A stretch of DNA of 64,000 nt from Candidatus Woesearchaeota archaeon (GCA_937912225.1 CALDOJ010000034.1:556-64555); one strand, 5' to 3'. Positions 45,653 to 56,182 are shown, numbered from the stretch's first letter. Program-made: numbers and translations. Notes: a model not told the origin generated them from the letters alone.

Positions 45653-46773
45653 TGCACCTCTTTTTCTAAACTAGAACTCTTAACATTAGTAGCATAAGAA
45701 CTAAGAACAGTTTCGGGTTTTTCTGAAAAATCTGCACCAAGATGTTGAGCATAAGATATAAGTTCAGATATTAAGCCTTTATGTCGTTCATAATTACTTG
45801 CAATTACTTCTCTGGCTTTTAATTTACCTTCTTCAATTAAATCAGTATTTGTTGGTTTAACCGCACCAAAATCATGATACCGTTCATAATTAGGAGGATT
45901 TTCAGGACCAAATATAGTATCAAAATCGATTTGTACAACAACATCATCAGATCTTAAAAGAGTATTAAGATCGTGTCTATCACGCAGGCCTAAAGCAAGC
46001 GATAATTCTACTGCCATGCCATAACTTAAAGTTGCTTTATCAGAAAACTCTTCAGGTTTAACATCTTTAAACATCTTACCTTCAATTCCAACTGATGCAA
46101 AAGTTCCTGTTTCTTCACATGCTGCAGATTGATATGTGTCTTTAAGAGTTTCATCTCCTAAAAGATTCAATAAAGCATTTCCTAAAGCATCCACGATTAC
46201 TGGTGCATTCCAGGAAGGTTTTACATAGAAATCACTTTCAGTTCCATCATCAAACTTGACTAAAAAACGGCCGTAATTATTTCTGTTTGAAAAATTAAAA
46301 TTTCCATCTTGAACAATGGAAACAACTTCATCAGGTTTACATCCATATACGGTTGAAGCGAGTTCTACCAAATCAGTTTCGCCTGAAACAATTTCTCTAC
46401 TATCAGGCAAATTAACTAAACCTAATAATCCTTGTAATTTTTCTTCAGGAATACTTCCAATCCAAGTAGCAGGATGTTTATTAGATTTAAGAGGATTACG
46501 AGAAGAATACTTCTGTATTGTGTTTCTATGTTTTAAATTTTCATCAAAATATTCTAAATATAATTCTAAATTTTCAAAAGTTAATCGATTATCAATAGCC
46601 CTAACTATTTCAGAATGATATTGAGCCATTAATTGATCTTTATCAGTATGTACTTCTTCGTCAGAAAAATCATCTTCAGGAGAAAGTATACTCAGACGTT
46701 CTAAAGCAGGATCTACATAAGGTAAAAACAATTCAACTGGATTATAACATTCAAATAAATTGGCTTTAAGCAT
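45649..46773 (-). CDS. PI3/PI4-kinase-like atypical kinase-fold protein, group B paralog 1. First gene of the array.
   Basis: SDFYVKP, LGLRDRHDLNTLL and QIDFDTIF. Confidence 0.7.
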   Translation of the reverse strand: MLKANLFECYNPVELFLPYVDPALERLSILSPEDDFSDEEVHTDKDQLMAQYHSEIVRAIDNRLTFENLELYLEYFDENLKHRNTIQKYSSRNPLKSNKHPATWIGSIPEEKLQGLLGLVNLPDSREIVSGETDLVELASTVYGCKPDEVVSIVQDGNFNFSNRNNYGRFLVKFDDGTESDFYVKPSWNAPVIVDALGNALLNLLGDETLKDTYQSAACEETGTFASVGIEGKMFKDVKPEEFSDKATLSYGMAVELSLALGLRDRHDLNTLLRSDDVVVQIDFDTIFGPENPPNYERYHDFGAVKPTNTDLIEEGKLKAREVIASNYERHKGLISELISYAQHLGADFSEKPETVLSSYATNVKSSSLEKEVQ

Positions 46774-46811
46774 TCAAATACCTCTTTTTACACCATTTAT
46801 AGCAGTTTTAC

Positions 46812-46840
46812 TATTTAAATGTTTCGTTTTTTAACTACTT
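46812..46840 (-). promoter_or_regulatory. Putative promoter of the 12-gene array: the AGTAGTTA box, a BRE-like cgaaac and the TATA-like box tttaaata
   Basis: The minus strand reads gttactataaagtagttaaaaaacgaaacatttaaatag, 40-70 nt upstream of the ATG at 46773. Confidence 0.4.
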
Positions 46841-46919
46841 TATAGTAACAACATTAAATACATTTAAATATAACCAACCATTACCAAATAAAAAAACCAA
46901 TATTTAAGGTGATGAAATT

Positions 46920-47792
46920 ATGGAAATTGGAACCTATGCAATATACGACAAAGATACTCAATTAATCGGATTTGGTGAAGGCAGATTCAATGTAAAAGGA
47001 GATGATTTAAATCTTACAATAGATGTTTTAGCAAAAGAATTAGATGTACAAACAGAAAGACAAACTCTTCTAAATCCAAAATTCAAAGAAGGAGAAATAG
47101 TTGAATTAAATTCAGGAGACTATAAAATTAAAGTCGAAGGAAAAACAGAATTAGATCACATAGTAACTGGAGCTAACGCAAATATCAAATACAAACAAAA
47201 AGGAAATTCTTCATCAATAAACATTTCAAGCGGCTCAGTAGTCATAATTAATGGCTCAGTAGTTTCAGGAAATATGCAACAATCAATCGGTTCAAATATG
47301 GAACCTCAAAACTTAGAAGTTTATGGAAATAATGCAGATATCAAATTCAAATCAGGAGCAAGTTCATTATCAGTTTACGGAGATAATTGCAAAGCTAAAA
47401 CTGACGTTGGAAGTGGACAATTTTATGGAACAGGAGAATCAATGAAAGTAAAAATAGATGCAGGAAGCGGAAAAACAACAGTCGAAGGAGATAACGCAAA
47501 TGTTGATGTTGATGCAGGAAGCGGAGATGTAACTGTCAAAGGAAAATATGCAACCGTAAAAGTAGATGCAGGAAGTGCAAAAGTTTTTGTTGAAGGAGAA
47601 CGTGCAGAAATCAACACGGATTTAGGAAGTGGACAAGTTCATTACACAGGCAATAACGGAATACTCGATTTAGACTTTGGTAGTGGAAAATTATATTTGA
47701 ACGGAGATAACAACGATGTAACTGTTGATGGGTCAAGAAGTCCAAAACACCATGTTGTTGATAATGGGAAAAATAACAATATTCACGACTAA
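46920..47792 (+). CDS. Beta-strand repeat protein (DUF4097/toast-rack-like repeats)
   Basis: About 19-residue repeats of the form xxDxGSGxVxVxG: DAGSGKTTVEGDNANVDVDAGSGDVTVKG, DAGSAKVFVEG, DLGSGQVHYTG, DFGSGKLYLNG. Confidence 0.6.
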   Translation: MEIGTYAIYDKDTQLIGFGEGRFNVKGDDLNLTIDVLAKELDVQTERQTLLNPKFKEGEIVELNSGDYKIKVEGKTELDHIVTGANANIKYKQKGNSSSINISSGSVVIINGSVVSGNMQQSIGSNMEPQNLEVYGNNADIKFKSGASSLSVYGDNCKAKTDVGSGQFYGTGESMKVKIDAGSGKTTVEGDNANVDVDAGSGDVTVKGKYATVKVDAGSAKVFVEGERAEINTDLGSGQVHYTGNNGILDLDFGSGKLYLNGDNNDVTVDGSRSPKHHVVDNGKNNNIHD

Positions 47793-47885
47793 TTATTTTT
47801 TATTTCAATTTTCTTAAACCTATAAAGCACTCGCACTGGACACAAGCCCGCAGAGTATTTAAACAAATAATTCTAAAAAACCATT

Positions 47886-48983
47886 ATGAACAAATGGGAA
47901 AAAGCAAAGATTCTTGGAGCTGCTGGAAGCTATGATTCATGCGGTCCAAAGATGTGCGAAGTTAACATCAAAGAAGGACTTGGAGGAATTTATCATGCAC
48001 AAGCAGAACATAAGGATTGTCGAATCTTCAAGACCCTTATGGATAATCGTTGTACATTTGATTGCAAGTATTGCGCAAACGCAGCAGGTTGCAAAAAAAA
48101 ACCTGCAAGCTACGAACCTGAAGAACTTGCTCAAGTATTCACATTCCTGGAAAAAAATCTAAAAGTGGATGGACTCTTTCTTAGCTCCGCCATCACTGGC
48201 AACCCCGACCAAGTCTCGGAAAAGATGTTAGACGCCGTCCGTCTTCTAAGAAACAAATATCATTTCCGAGGCTACGTCCACTTTAAGGTATTACCAGGAA
48301 CAAGTTACGACTTAATTAAACAAGCAGCAGAACTCAGCAATAGAATGAGCATCAATGTTGAAGCACCCAACAAACAAGTTTTATCAGAGTTATCAACAAA
48401 TAAAGATTTTAAAATAGATATCTTAAGAAGACAGGCTTGGATTTCAAAAATGAATCTTAGAAGCGGACAAACAACCCAAATGATAATCAATAATTTAGCA
48501 ACTGACAAAGATGTTCTAAAAATGGTTGATTGGGAATACAAAAATATTGAACTAAAAAGAATGTACTTTTCAGCATTCAAACCAGTGAAAGGAACAGCTT
48601 TACAAAATGAAGCTCCAGAAACACAACTAAGAGAAGCACATCTTTACAACGTTGATTTTTTAATGAGACAATATGATTTTAAAGTAAAAGAATTTAATCC
48701 AATTCTTGATAACGGAATGCTTCCAAGAGAAGACCCAAAACTAGCATTAGCAAAAGCAAACTTTGACTCACACATCGATATTAATCAAGCTTCATACCAA
48801 GAACTAATTCGAATTCCAGGTATTGGACCAACAACTGCACAAAGAATATTAAATTCCAAAACTAAAATTAAAAAATATGAAGATTTACATAAATTAGGTG
48901 GATGGGTTAAAAGAGCAAAACCATTCATAGAAGTAGGCGGTAAAAGACAACAAATGCTCAACGCTTACTATCAAAAAGCTTGA
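47886..48983 (+). CDS. Radical SAM protein with a C-terminal helix-hairpin-helix motif, putatively DNA-associated
   Basis: CTFDCKYC is the CX3CX2C motif. The C-terminal IRIPGIGPTTAQRIL is an HhH. Confidence 0.7.
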   Translation: MNKWEKAKILGAAGSYDSCGPKMCEVNIKEGLGGIYHAQAEHKDCRIFKTLMDNRCTFDCKYCANAAGCKKKPASYEPEELAQVFTFLEKNLKVDGLFLSSAITGNPDQVSEKMLDAVRLLRNKYHFRGYVHFKVLPGTSYDLIKQAAELSNRMSINVEAPNKQVLSELSTNKDFKIDILRRQAWISKMNLRSGQTTQMIINNLATDKDVLKMVDWEYKNIELKRMYFSAFKPVKGTALQNEAPETQLREAHLYNVDFLMRQYDFKVKEFNPILDNGMLPREDPKLALAKANFDSHIDINQASYQELIRIPGIGPTTAQRILNSKTKIKKYEDLHKLGGWVKRAKPFIEVGGKRQQMLNAYYQKA

Positions 48984-49009
48984 GTTAGCTTTTTGGGAGT
49001 CCCAAAAAT

Positions 49010-49714
49010 TCAATAGGATTTTTGATGACTGTTGAGAATATTATTAACTTCTCTAAAATCATTTATAAAATAATCCGCATATTCACGCATCATTTCAGAT
49101 TCATGAGTTCCTGAATTCACAACAATTGACAAACCAACTTTTTCTAAAACAGGAATGTCACTTTTACTATCACCAAAATAAGCTATTTCTGAAAAATCAA
49201 GTCCATAAGGAATTAATTCTTTTTCAAGCGAACCAACTTTATCCCACATATCAACTGCTTTAACAGTCCCATCAAAAACATCTCCAGAAATACCTAGTTC
49301 ATTAACAACTGCAAAAGAAAATTTACCAGGAAAATCTTGCATAATTTTATCAGAAACTAAAGTAAAACTAGCACTCAAAATACCATGAATATAATCACCG
49401 TTTAAACCAGAAATAAAATCTTCAAAACCAGCAGTATAAGGTAATTTTCCATCAGGATAAAGAGCGTCTTTAGCTTTTTGAACTGGAAAACCTTTAAGCA
49501 AAGCAGAATCCGCTTTCGTCCATTCAATAATATCTTGAGGCCTTGGATAATAATAATCTAAATGCTCTCTCCAAGTAGTTTTTTGAGGTTCTGGCAAGAT
49601 ACCACCAATCGCATCCCAAGAACTCTTAAATTTAGAAGTTACATACTGAACAGAAGTCCCGTCTAAATCAAAAACTAATGCTTTAATATGTGAATAATCA
49701 GTCATAAAAATCAA
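49010..49714 (-). CDS. HAD-superfamily hydrolase
   Basis: Motif I ALVFDLDGT and a distal GDSKSD motif. Confidence 0.75.
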   Translation of the reverse strand: MIFMTDYSHIKALVFDLDGTSVQYVTSKFKSSWDAIGGILPEPQKTTWREHLDYYYPRPQDIIEWTKADSALLKGFPVQKAKDALYPDGKLPYTAGFEDFISGLNGDYIHGILSASFTLVSDKIMQDFPGKFSFAVVNELGISGDVFDGTVKAVDMWDKVGSLEKELIPYGLDFSEIAYFGDSKSDIPVLEKVGLSIVVNSGTHESEMMREYADYFINDFREVNNILNSHQKSY

Positions 49715-49737
49715 GAATTAGAATTCTTATTTAAACC

Positions 49738-50979
49738 TTAGTGGTTCTGAACAAGATCTTCATTCCCTTTTACTTCAACAACTTTGTAGAATTTATCGTT
49801 CATCCGACATTTAGGAACTTTAAAAGTAATTAAATCCCCTTTCTTAACAACAGAAACAAATTTATCATTCAGCACCATCTCAGGCATTTGTCCTTCAATA
49901 ACACCTGTTGTTGGCCCCATCACATAGAACACATCGCCTTTTGCAATTGAATTTGATTCAATTTTAACTTCTGCAACTCCAGATTTCGAATAATAATTAG
50001 AAATCTTTCCAAGCAACATTTTTCGAGTTGTTGCTTTTGAGCCATAAACACCAGCCCATGCATGAATTGGTTTACCCATATAAAAGCCAGTTTCAAAACC
50101 ACGATTGTAAACTCGCTCCATTTTTGTAATCAATTCTTTTTTCTTTTTTTCAGTTAGTTTTTTAGCAATGTGTAAATCAATTGCTTCTCGGTATGCTTCA
50201 ACTACTCCTTTAACATATTCAGGAGAACGAGCACGACCTTCAATTTTAAAAACTGAAATTCCAGAGTCAATAATTTGCTCAATTATTGGCATTGTACACA
50301 TATCTTTTGGAGACATTACATACTGGTTGTCTAACTCCAACTCTACATCTTCTTCAACATCAGTGATTTTATACTTACGTCTGCAAACTTGTATGCATTC
50401 GCCACGATTAGCAGATTTATCACAAGTAATTTGAGACATAAAACATCTGCCTGAAACTGCAATACACATCGCACCATGAATAAAACATTCAATTTCAGCA
50501 TCTAACTTCTCTTTCTTAATCTGAGCAATAATTTTCTTAATTTGTTCTAAATCTAACTCTCTAGCTAAAACAAATCTTTTAATTCCAAAATCATAATAAA
50601 ATTTTAAAGCTTCAAAATTAGCAACTGATGCTTGAGTTGAAAGATGTAATTCTAAACCAAGAGCTTTAGCTTTTTGTAAAACCATTAAATCCCATGCAAT
50701 AATTGCATCAACTCCAGTATCTTTTGCAGCCTGCAAAGTTTTATCCAACAAAGAATCTTCATTTGGATAAATAATGCTATTAACAGTCAAGTAAACTCGA
50801 ACTTTTTTTGCATGAGCTCGAATTACTGCTTCTTTTAACTCTTCAAAAGAAAAGTTTGAACTACCTAAAGTTCGCATATTTAATTCTTGACATCCTAAAT
50901 AAACAGAATCTGCACCTGCATCTATTGCTGCTTGTAAAGATTCAAAATTTCCAACCGGAGCTAAAAGTTCAGGAGCCAT
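49738..50979 (-). CDS. Peptidase U32 family protein
   Basis: N-terminus MAPELLAPVGNFESLQAAIDAGADSVYLG, which is the U32 signature region. Confidence 0.8.
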   Translation of the reverse strand: MAPELLAPVGNFESLQAAIDAGADSVYLGCQELNMRTLGSSNFSFEELKEAVIRAHAKKVRVYLTVNSIIYPNEDSLLDKTLQAAKDTGVDAIIAWDLMVLQKAKALGLELHLSTQASVANFEALKFYYDFGIKRFVLARELDLEQIKKIIAQIKKEKLDAEIECFIHGAMCIAVSGRCFMSQITCDKSANRGECIQVCRRKYKITDVEEDVELELDNQYVMSPKDMCTMPIIEQIIDSGISVFKIEGRARSPEYVKGVVEAYREAIDLHIAKKLTEKKKKELITKMERVYNRGFETGFYMGKPIHAWAGVYGSKATTRKMLLGKISNYYSKSGVAEVKIESNSIAKGDVFYVMGPTTGVIEGQMPEMVLNDKFVSVVKKGDLITFKVPKCRMNDKFYKVVEVKGNEDLVQNH

Positions 50980-51022
50980 AGTAAAAAGAAAAAAAGAGTA
51001 TTTTTAAACTTTTACTTAAAGC

Positions 51023-51727
51023 TCATCTAAAAACATTCCAATCTAAAACTATATCCAGAGTTTTAAAAACATTACCTTTGCTTAATCCATAATCTGTTAA
51101 ATATTCAATTGTTTCAACTGGCTCCTTAGCTCCAGAATAATCAAGAACCCGTTTTACATCCATAATTCCATCTAAATTTAAATCACAAGATTCTTCCAAA
51201 ACAAGTTTTTTTTTCGTTTGAATTTTTTGTCTAACACAGAAGAGCTCCCCTTCTTCATATAATTTAGCATTAATAGTATCTTGTTCTAATCCTAAGTTAT
51301 AATCTTGAACTTGAATAGTATCTCCAAGAATAATAAATTCTAATTTTTCTCTTTTACCAGTCTCATCATAAAATCTGTTTGTTTTGTAAGAAATAGAATC
51401 TCCAACATTATAAGTGACTAATTTTTGAGTAACTCCATTTTTATATTCAGATTCTTCAACAACAGAAGATTCGCCATAAAAATAAGTTTTTTTCATAACA
51501 CCTTCTTCACGAGTGCCTGTTCTTTCAATTGCTTGTTTAACTCCTCGAACAATAGATGTATCAATAATAATATTTTCTTGAGCAAAAGATAAAGATTCAA
51601 ATAACAAGAACGAAGCAGTCATCAACCTCAATAACCCTTGTTTAAGAGTCATAAAAAAACAATAATAGACCAAACTATAAAAAGATTTATCAAAATCACA
51701 ATACATAACGTTTATAAACATAAGCAA
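51023..51727 (-). CDS. Hypothetical secreted or membrane-anchored protein
   Basis: 234 aa with an N-terminal hydrophobic signal. No family. Confidence 0.45.
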   Translation of the reverse strand: MLMFINVMYCDFDKSFYSLVYYCFFMTLKQGLLRLMTASFLLFESLSFAQENIIIDTSIVRGVKQAIERTGTREEGVMKKTYFYGESSVVEESEYKNGVTQKLVTYNVGDSISYKTNRFYDETGKREKLEFIILGDTIQVQDYNLGLEQDTINAKLYEEGELFCVRQKIQTKKKLVLEESCDLNLDGIMDVKRVLDYSGAKEPVETIEYLTDYGLSKGNVFKTLDIVLDWNVFR

Positions 51728-51750
51728 CTAATTATAGTTAAAGAGAAAAA

Positions 51751-52644
51751 ATGACTATATTAGCATCAATACTAGAAGTTGTTCTTAACAGCTTACAAAA
51801 AATAATTCTAATAGCAATTATTCTTTTTTTAACTGCAACCATTGCCAAATTAATGAATATGTTGCTTCATAAATCATTTCAAAAAGCCTCTAAGAGATTA
51901 AAAATTGATCACACAAAATACTCGTTTATTAAACATCTAACCTCAGGAGTAATTTATCTAATAGGAATAAGTATCGCAATCTATGTAATACCATCATTAA
52001 GAGCATTATCAGTTTCTTTACTTGCAGGAGCAGGAATACTGGCAGTAGTAATTGGTTTTGCTTCACAACAAGCATTTGCAAATGTTATTAGCGGAATATT
52101 CATCGTTATATTCAAACCTTTCAGAGTCGGAGACAGGATTAATATTGGCGTAACTTCTGAAATGAGAGGAATTGTTGAAGATATCACTTTAAGACACACA
52201 GTTATTAGAAATTTTGAAAATAAAAGAATAATAGTTCCAAACTCAATTATCAGCAATGAAACAATTGAAAACTCAACTATTGGTGATGAAAAGATTTGTA
52301 AATGGGTTGATTTTGGAATTAGTTATGATTCAAATGTTGATAAAGCAAAGAAAATAATTATGGAAGAAGCAGTTAAACATCCAGAACATATCGATAATCG
52401 AAGCGAAGAAGAAAAAAACAACAATGATCCAATTGTCAGAGTAAGAGTTGTCTCATTTGGAGATTCGTCAGTTAATTTAAGAGCTTATGTTTGGTGTTCA
52501 AATGCAACAGCCGCTTTTAAACTTGGATGTGATTTAAATGAAAGTGTAAAAAAACGATTTGACAAAGAAGGAATTGAAATCCCATTCCCTTATCGAACTA
52601 TTGTTTTTAAAGATAATAAAACTAAAAAGAAACTTAACAAATGA
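51751..52644 (+). CDS. Mechanosensitive ion channel, MscS family
   Basis: TM helices followed by ANVISGIFIVIFKPFRVGDRINIG...GIVEDITLRHTVIR, which is the MscS beta-domain pattern. Confidence 0.8.
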   Translation: MTILASILEVVLNSLQKIILIAIILFLTATIAKLMNMLLHKSFQKASKRLKIDHTKYSFIKHLTSGVIYLIGISIAIYVIPSLRALSVSLLAGAGILAVVIGFASQQAFANVISGIFIVIFKPFRVGDRINIGVTSEMRGIVEDITLRHTVIRNFENKRIIVPNSIISNETIENSTIGDEKICKWVDFGISYDSNVDKAKKIIMEEAVKHPEHIDNRSEEEKNNNDPIVRVRVVSFGDSSVNLRAYVWCSNATAAFKLGCDLNESVKKRFDKEGIEIPFPYRTIVFKDNKTKKKLNK

Positions 52645-53576
52645 TTGAAATAAGATATTTAGATGGAACAATAAAAAAAGCAGAGTTTTCAAATTTAAAG
52701 AAGCTTCTTAGATTTCCTGTTTGGGTTGACTGCACCAACATAACTAAAGAAGAATCTGAAAATTTAAGAAAAGAATTTGGACTCCATTCATTAACAACTG
52801 AAGATTTATACAATTCAAATACTAGAATAAAAATTGAAGAATTTTCAGAATATTTATTCTCAGTATTTTACAATATAAATGAACAACACGAACTAATGGA
52901 AATGGATTTCATCATAGGGAAAAACTTCTTAATTACAAATCATAAAAAACCAATAGAAACATTTGAAACATTAAAAAAAGATGAGGAAAAACTTTCTTTA
53001 CTATTCAAAAAAGGACTTGATTTTTTGTTTCATCGATTGCTTGATAAAGAAATAGATGAATACTTCACAGCAATAGAAAAACTGGAAGATAATATAGAAC
53101 AATTAGAAGAAGCCGCAATTAATCGAGCAAGACCTGAACTATTAAGCAGAATTTTAAAACTTAAAAGAATGGTTGTACATATAAAAAGAGTTACAACAAC
53201 TCAAAGAGATAAAACAGGACTTCTAGCAAAAAGCAATTACAAACAAATATCAAAAAGAGCAGAACCATACTTTAGAGACATTTATGATCACGCAATAAGA
53301 GTTTCAGACATAATAGATAATAACAGAGAATCAATTGGAAACGCTTTTGACGTTTATATGTCTACAATGTCTAACAATATGAACGAAGTGATGAAAGTAT
53401 TAAGTATTATTGCAACAATTGCACTCCCATTAACAGTTATATCAGGAATCTATGGAACTAATTTTACAATTCTACCAGGAGCAAGTTTTCCATATGGATT
53501 TTGGTCTATGATTTTAGTAATGATATTAATGGGTCTTGGAATGATGTGGTTTTTTAAAAAAAGAAACTGGTTCTAA
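52641..53576 (+). CDS. CorA-family divalent cation transporter with GTN in place of GMN
   Basis: A cytoplasmic coiled-coil domain, then two C-terminal TM helices and YGTNF at the GMN position. Its start overlaps the upstream stop. Confidence 0.75.
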   Translation: MIEIRYLDGTIKKAEFSNLKKLLRFPVWVDCTNITKEESENLRKEFGLHSLTTEDLYNSNTRIKIEEFSEYLFSVFYNINEQHELMEMDFIIGKNFLITNHKKPIETFETLKKDEEKLSLLFKKGLDFLFHRLLDKEIDEYFTAIEKLEDNIEQLEEAAINRARPELLSRILKLKRMVVHIKRVTTTQRDKTGLLAKSNYKQISKRAEPYFRDIYDHAIRVSDIIDNNRESIGNAFDVYMSTMSNNMNEVMKVLSIIATIALPLTVISGIYGTNFTILPGASFPYGFWSMILVMILMGLGMMWFFKKRNWF

Positions 53577-53599
53577 AAAAAAAAAAAAGTTAAAAAAAA

Positions 53600-55750
53600 T
53601 TACAATTTTTTCAACTTCAACAATAAAGAATTACTTACAACACTAACACTACTTAAAGCCATGGCTCCTCCAGCAATCATTGGATTTAAAAAACCCAGCG
53701 CTGCAAATGGAATACCAACTGTGTTGTAAATTAAAGCCCAGAACATATTCTGACGAATCTTAGACATAGTCATCTTACTTAACTTAATAGCTTTAGCAAC
53801 ATCTAACAAGTCATCTCGCATCAAAACAACATTACCTGTCTCCATTGCAACGTCAGTTCCTGAACCCATTGCAATACCAATGTCTGCTTGAGCAAGAGCA
53901 GGTGCGTCATTTATTCCATCGCCAACCATTGCAACCTTGCCTTTAGCCTGAAGTTTTTTAACATAACCAGCTTTTTCTTCAGGTAAGACTTCTGCAAAGA
54001 CATTTCTAATGCCTGCTTGTTTAGCAATTGCATTAGCAGTACGAGTATTATCGCCAGTAATCATATAAACATCCAACTTCATATCATGCAACATTTTAAC
54101 TGCTTGTTTTGAACTGTCTTTAATAGTATCAGCAACAGCAATCAAACCAAGTAGTTTTCTGCCATCAGATAAAAGCATAACTGTTTTTCCAGCATACTCT
54201 AAACGTTGAATATTTTCAACATGTTTCTTGTACAAAATCTTATTTATATCCATCAACTTAACATTTCCAAAAAAGTAATTTTTCGAATCAATAACACCAG
54301 TTATTCCGTGTCCAGGAATCGCTTCGAAGTGAGATGTGCTTTTCAAACTAAGACCTTCAGCTTCTTTAACAATTGCTTCAGCTAAAGGATGTTCACTACC
54401 TTTTTCTAAACTAGCAGCAAGAATTAAAAATTCTTCTCTAGGTTTTTCAAAAGCAATAACATCAGTAACTTCAGGCTCGCCTTTAGTAATAGTTCCAGTT
54501 TTATCAAATATAACTGACTTAATCTTATGAGCAGTTTCTAAAGCTTCACCACCTTTGATTAGAATACCATTAGTAGCGCCTTTTCCAGTACCAACCATTA
54601 TAGCTGTAGGAGTTGCAAGACCAAGCGCACAAGGACAAGCTATAACTAATACTGCAACGCTTGCTAAAAGCGAAGTTCTAAAATCAGCTCCAACAATAAA
54701 GAACCAGACTGAAAAAGTAATAATTGCAATCACTAAAACAACCGGTACAAAATAACCTGCAATCATATCTGCAAATCTTTGAATAGGAGCTTTACTGCCT
54801 TGAGCATCTTCAATTAATTTAATGATTTGAGCAAGAGTAGTATTCGCACCAACCTTTGTAGCTTTAAAAGTAAAATAACCATGTTTGTTAATAGTCGCAC
54901 CAATGACTTCATCACCAAGAGATTTTTCAACAGGAATACTTTCGCCAGTAACCATTGATTCGTCAATTGAAGTTTGACCTTCAACAATCATTCCATCAAC
55001 AGGAATTTTCTCACCAGGTTTAACAATTACAAGATCACCTTCAACAACTTCATCAACAGGAATACTAATTTCTTTATTATCTCGAATAACAAGAGCTTCC
55101 TTTGGTTTTAAACCAACTAATCGTTTTATAGCTTCAGAAGTTTTACCTTTAGCTCTAGCTTCTAATAGTCTTCCAAAAACAACAATAGTGATTAAAACAG
55201 CACTCGCTTCAAAATATTGATGACCCATACCAGATATAACTGCATAAACACTGTAAAAGTAAGCAGCACTCGTACCCATTATAACAAGTGTATCCATGTT
55301 TGCACTAAATCCTTTTAATGCATTAATCGCACTTTTATACATTGGCCAAGCAACGAAGAATTGAACTGGCGAAGCCAATATCCACATAATATAATTTTGA
55401 AATGGAACAGGATTATTCATAAAGAACATTCCTAAAATAAAAGTAGGAAGAGCAAAAACTAAACCAGTATAAAATTCGTTCTTTAATTGTCTAATTTCAT
55501 TTTCTTTTTTCTTTGCATCTTTTTTAAAATCAGTTTGTTCAATTTCACAAGCACCATAACCTTTTTTTTTAACAACTTCAATAAGTTCGTTAACAGAAAT
55601 TTTTGACTCATCAAATTCAACAGATGCTTTGTTAGTTGTAAGGTTCACGTTAGCAGTCACACCATCAAGTCTATTCAAAGCTCTATCAATCAGAGTTGAA
55701 CAACTAGCACAATGCATACCAGTAATGTCTAAAACTATTTTCTTAACCAT
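53600..55750 (-). CDS. copA: Copper/heavy-metal translocating P1B-type ATPase
   Basis: N-terminal HMA (GMHCASC), TM CPC (ACPCALG), DKTGTIT, the GDGINDAP hinge and the [14 protein letters not shown] region. Confidence 0.9.
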   Translation of the reverse strand: MVKKIVLDITGMHCASCSTLIDRALNRLDGVTANVNLTTNKASVEFDESKISVNELIEVVKKKGYGACEIEQTDFKKDAKKKENEIRQLKNEFYTGLVFALPTFILGMFFMNNPVPFQNYIMWILASPVQFFVAWPMYKSAINALKGFSANMDTLVIMGTSAAYFYSVYAVISGMGHQYFEASAVLITIVVFGRLLEARAKGKTSEAIKRLVGLKPKEALVIRDNKEISIPVDEVVEGDLVIVKPGEKIPVDGMIVEGQTSIDESMVTGESIPVEKSLGDEVIGATINKHGYFTFKATKVGANTTLAQIIKLIEDAQGSKAPIQRFADMIAGYFVPVVLVIAIITFSVWFFIVGADFRTSLLASVAVLVIACPCALGLATPTAIMVGTGKGATNGILIKGGEALETAHKIKSVIFDKTGTITKGEPEVTDVIAFEKPREEFLILAASLEKGSEHPLAEAIVKEAEGLSLKSTSHFEAIPGHGITGVIDSKNYFFGNVKLMDINKILYKKHVENIQRLEYAGKTVMLLSDGRKLLGLIAVADTIKDSSKQAVKMLHDMKLDVYMITGDNTRTANAIAKQAGIRNVFAEVLPEEKAGYVKKLQAKGKVAMVGDGINDAPALAQADIGIAMGSGTDVAMETGNVVLMRDDLLDVAKAIKLSKMTMSKIRQNMFWALIYNTVGIPFAALGFLNPMIAGGAMALSSVSVVSNSLLLKLKKL

Positions 55751-55752
55751 TT

Positions 55753-56181
55753 TTATACAAACCTATGTCTTCCATCAACGATATCCTTCACATTTATTAA
55801 AATGTTGTCTCCTTTAACTGTGTGTGGCAAATAACTTGGCCAGCAACCATAACCTTTATTCTCAGTTCCTAAACCATCAATATCAAAAACTCGTCCACAA
55901 TTATTACAAACTATATCAGTTCCTTGTTGTTTATAACCTTTGCTTCCACCACAAACATCACATGCATCAAATGCAGTTCTAACTTCCCCATCAGTTCCTT
56001 TAACAGCAAAGTATCTGATAGTTACACTTCCGACCTTGTGTTCATAAAAACTTACTTCTTCAGACAAATCTGAAATCGGTATTGAAACTACATCTGCATT
56101 ATTAGTTACTTGACCAGTTGGTGAAGAACTACAAGCAGTAATTAACAATAATAAAGCCAATATAAATATCATTTGTTTCAT
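55753..56181 (-). CDS. Lipoprotein with a Cys4 metal-binding motif
   Basis: The probable start is MKQMIF with lipobox [13 protein letters not shown]...CNNCG is a zinc-ribbon-like motif. Proteins of this type often sit next to HMA membrane proteins. Confidence 0.5.
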   Translation of the reverse strand: MKQMIFILALLLLITACSSSPTGQVTNNADVVSIPISDLSEEVSFYEHKVGSVTIRYFAVKGTDGEVRTAFDACDVCGGSKGYKQQGTDIVCNNCGRVFDIDGLGTENKGYGCWPSYLPHTVKGDNILINVKDIVDGRHRFV

Positions 56182-56182
56182 T

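Noticed and set aside
37071-46773. Eukaryotic contamination as the source of the PI3/4K-like motifs
   Set aside because: The genes are short (about 250-500 aa) and intronless. They are tightly packed with ATGA overlaps and GGAGG ribosome-binding sites, and they lie on one strand in an operon.
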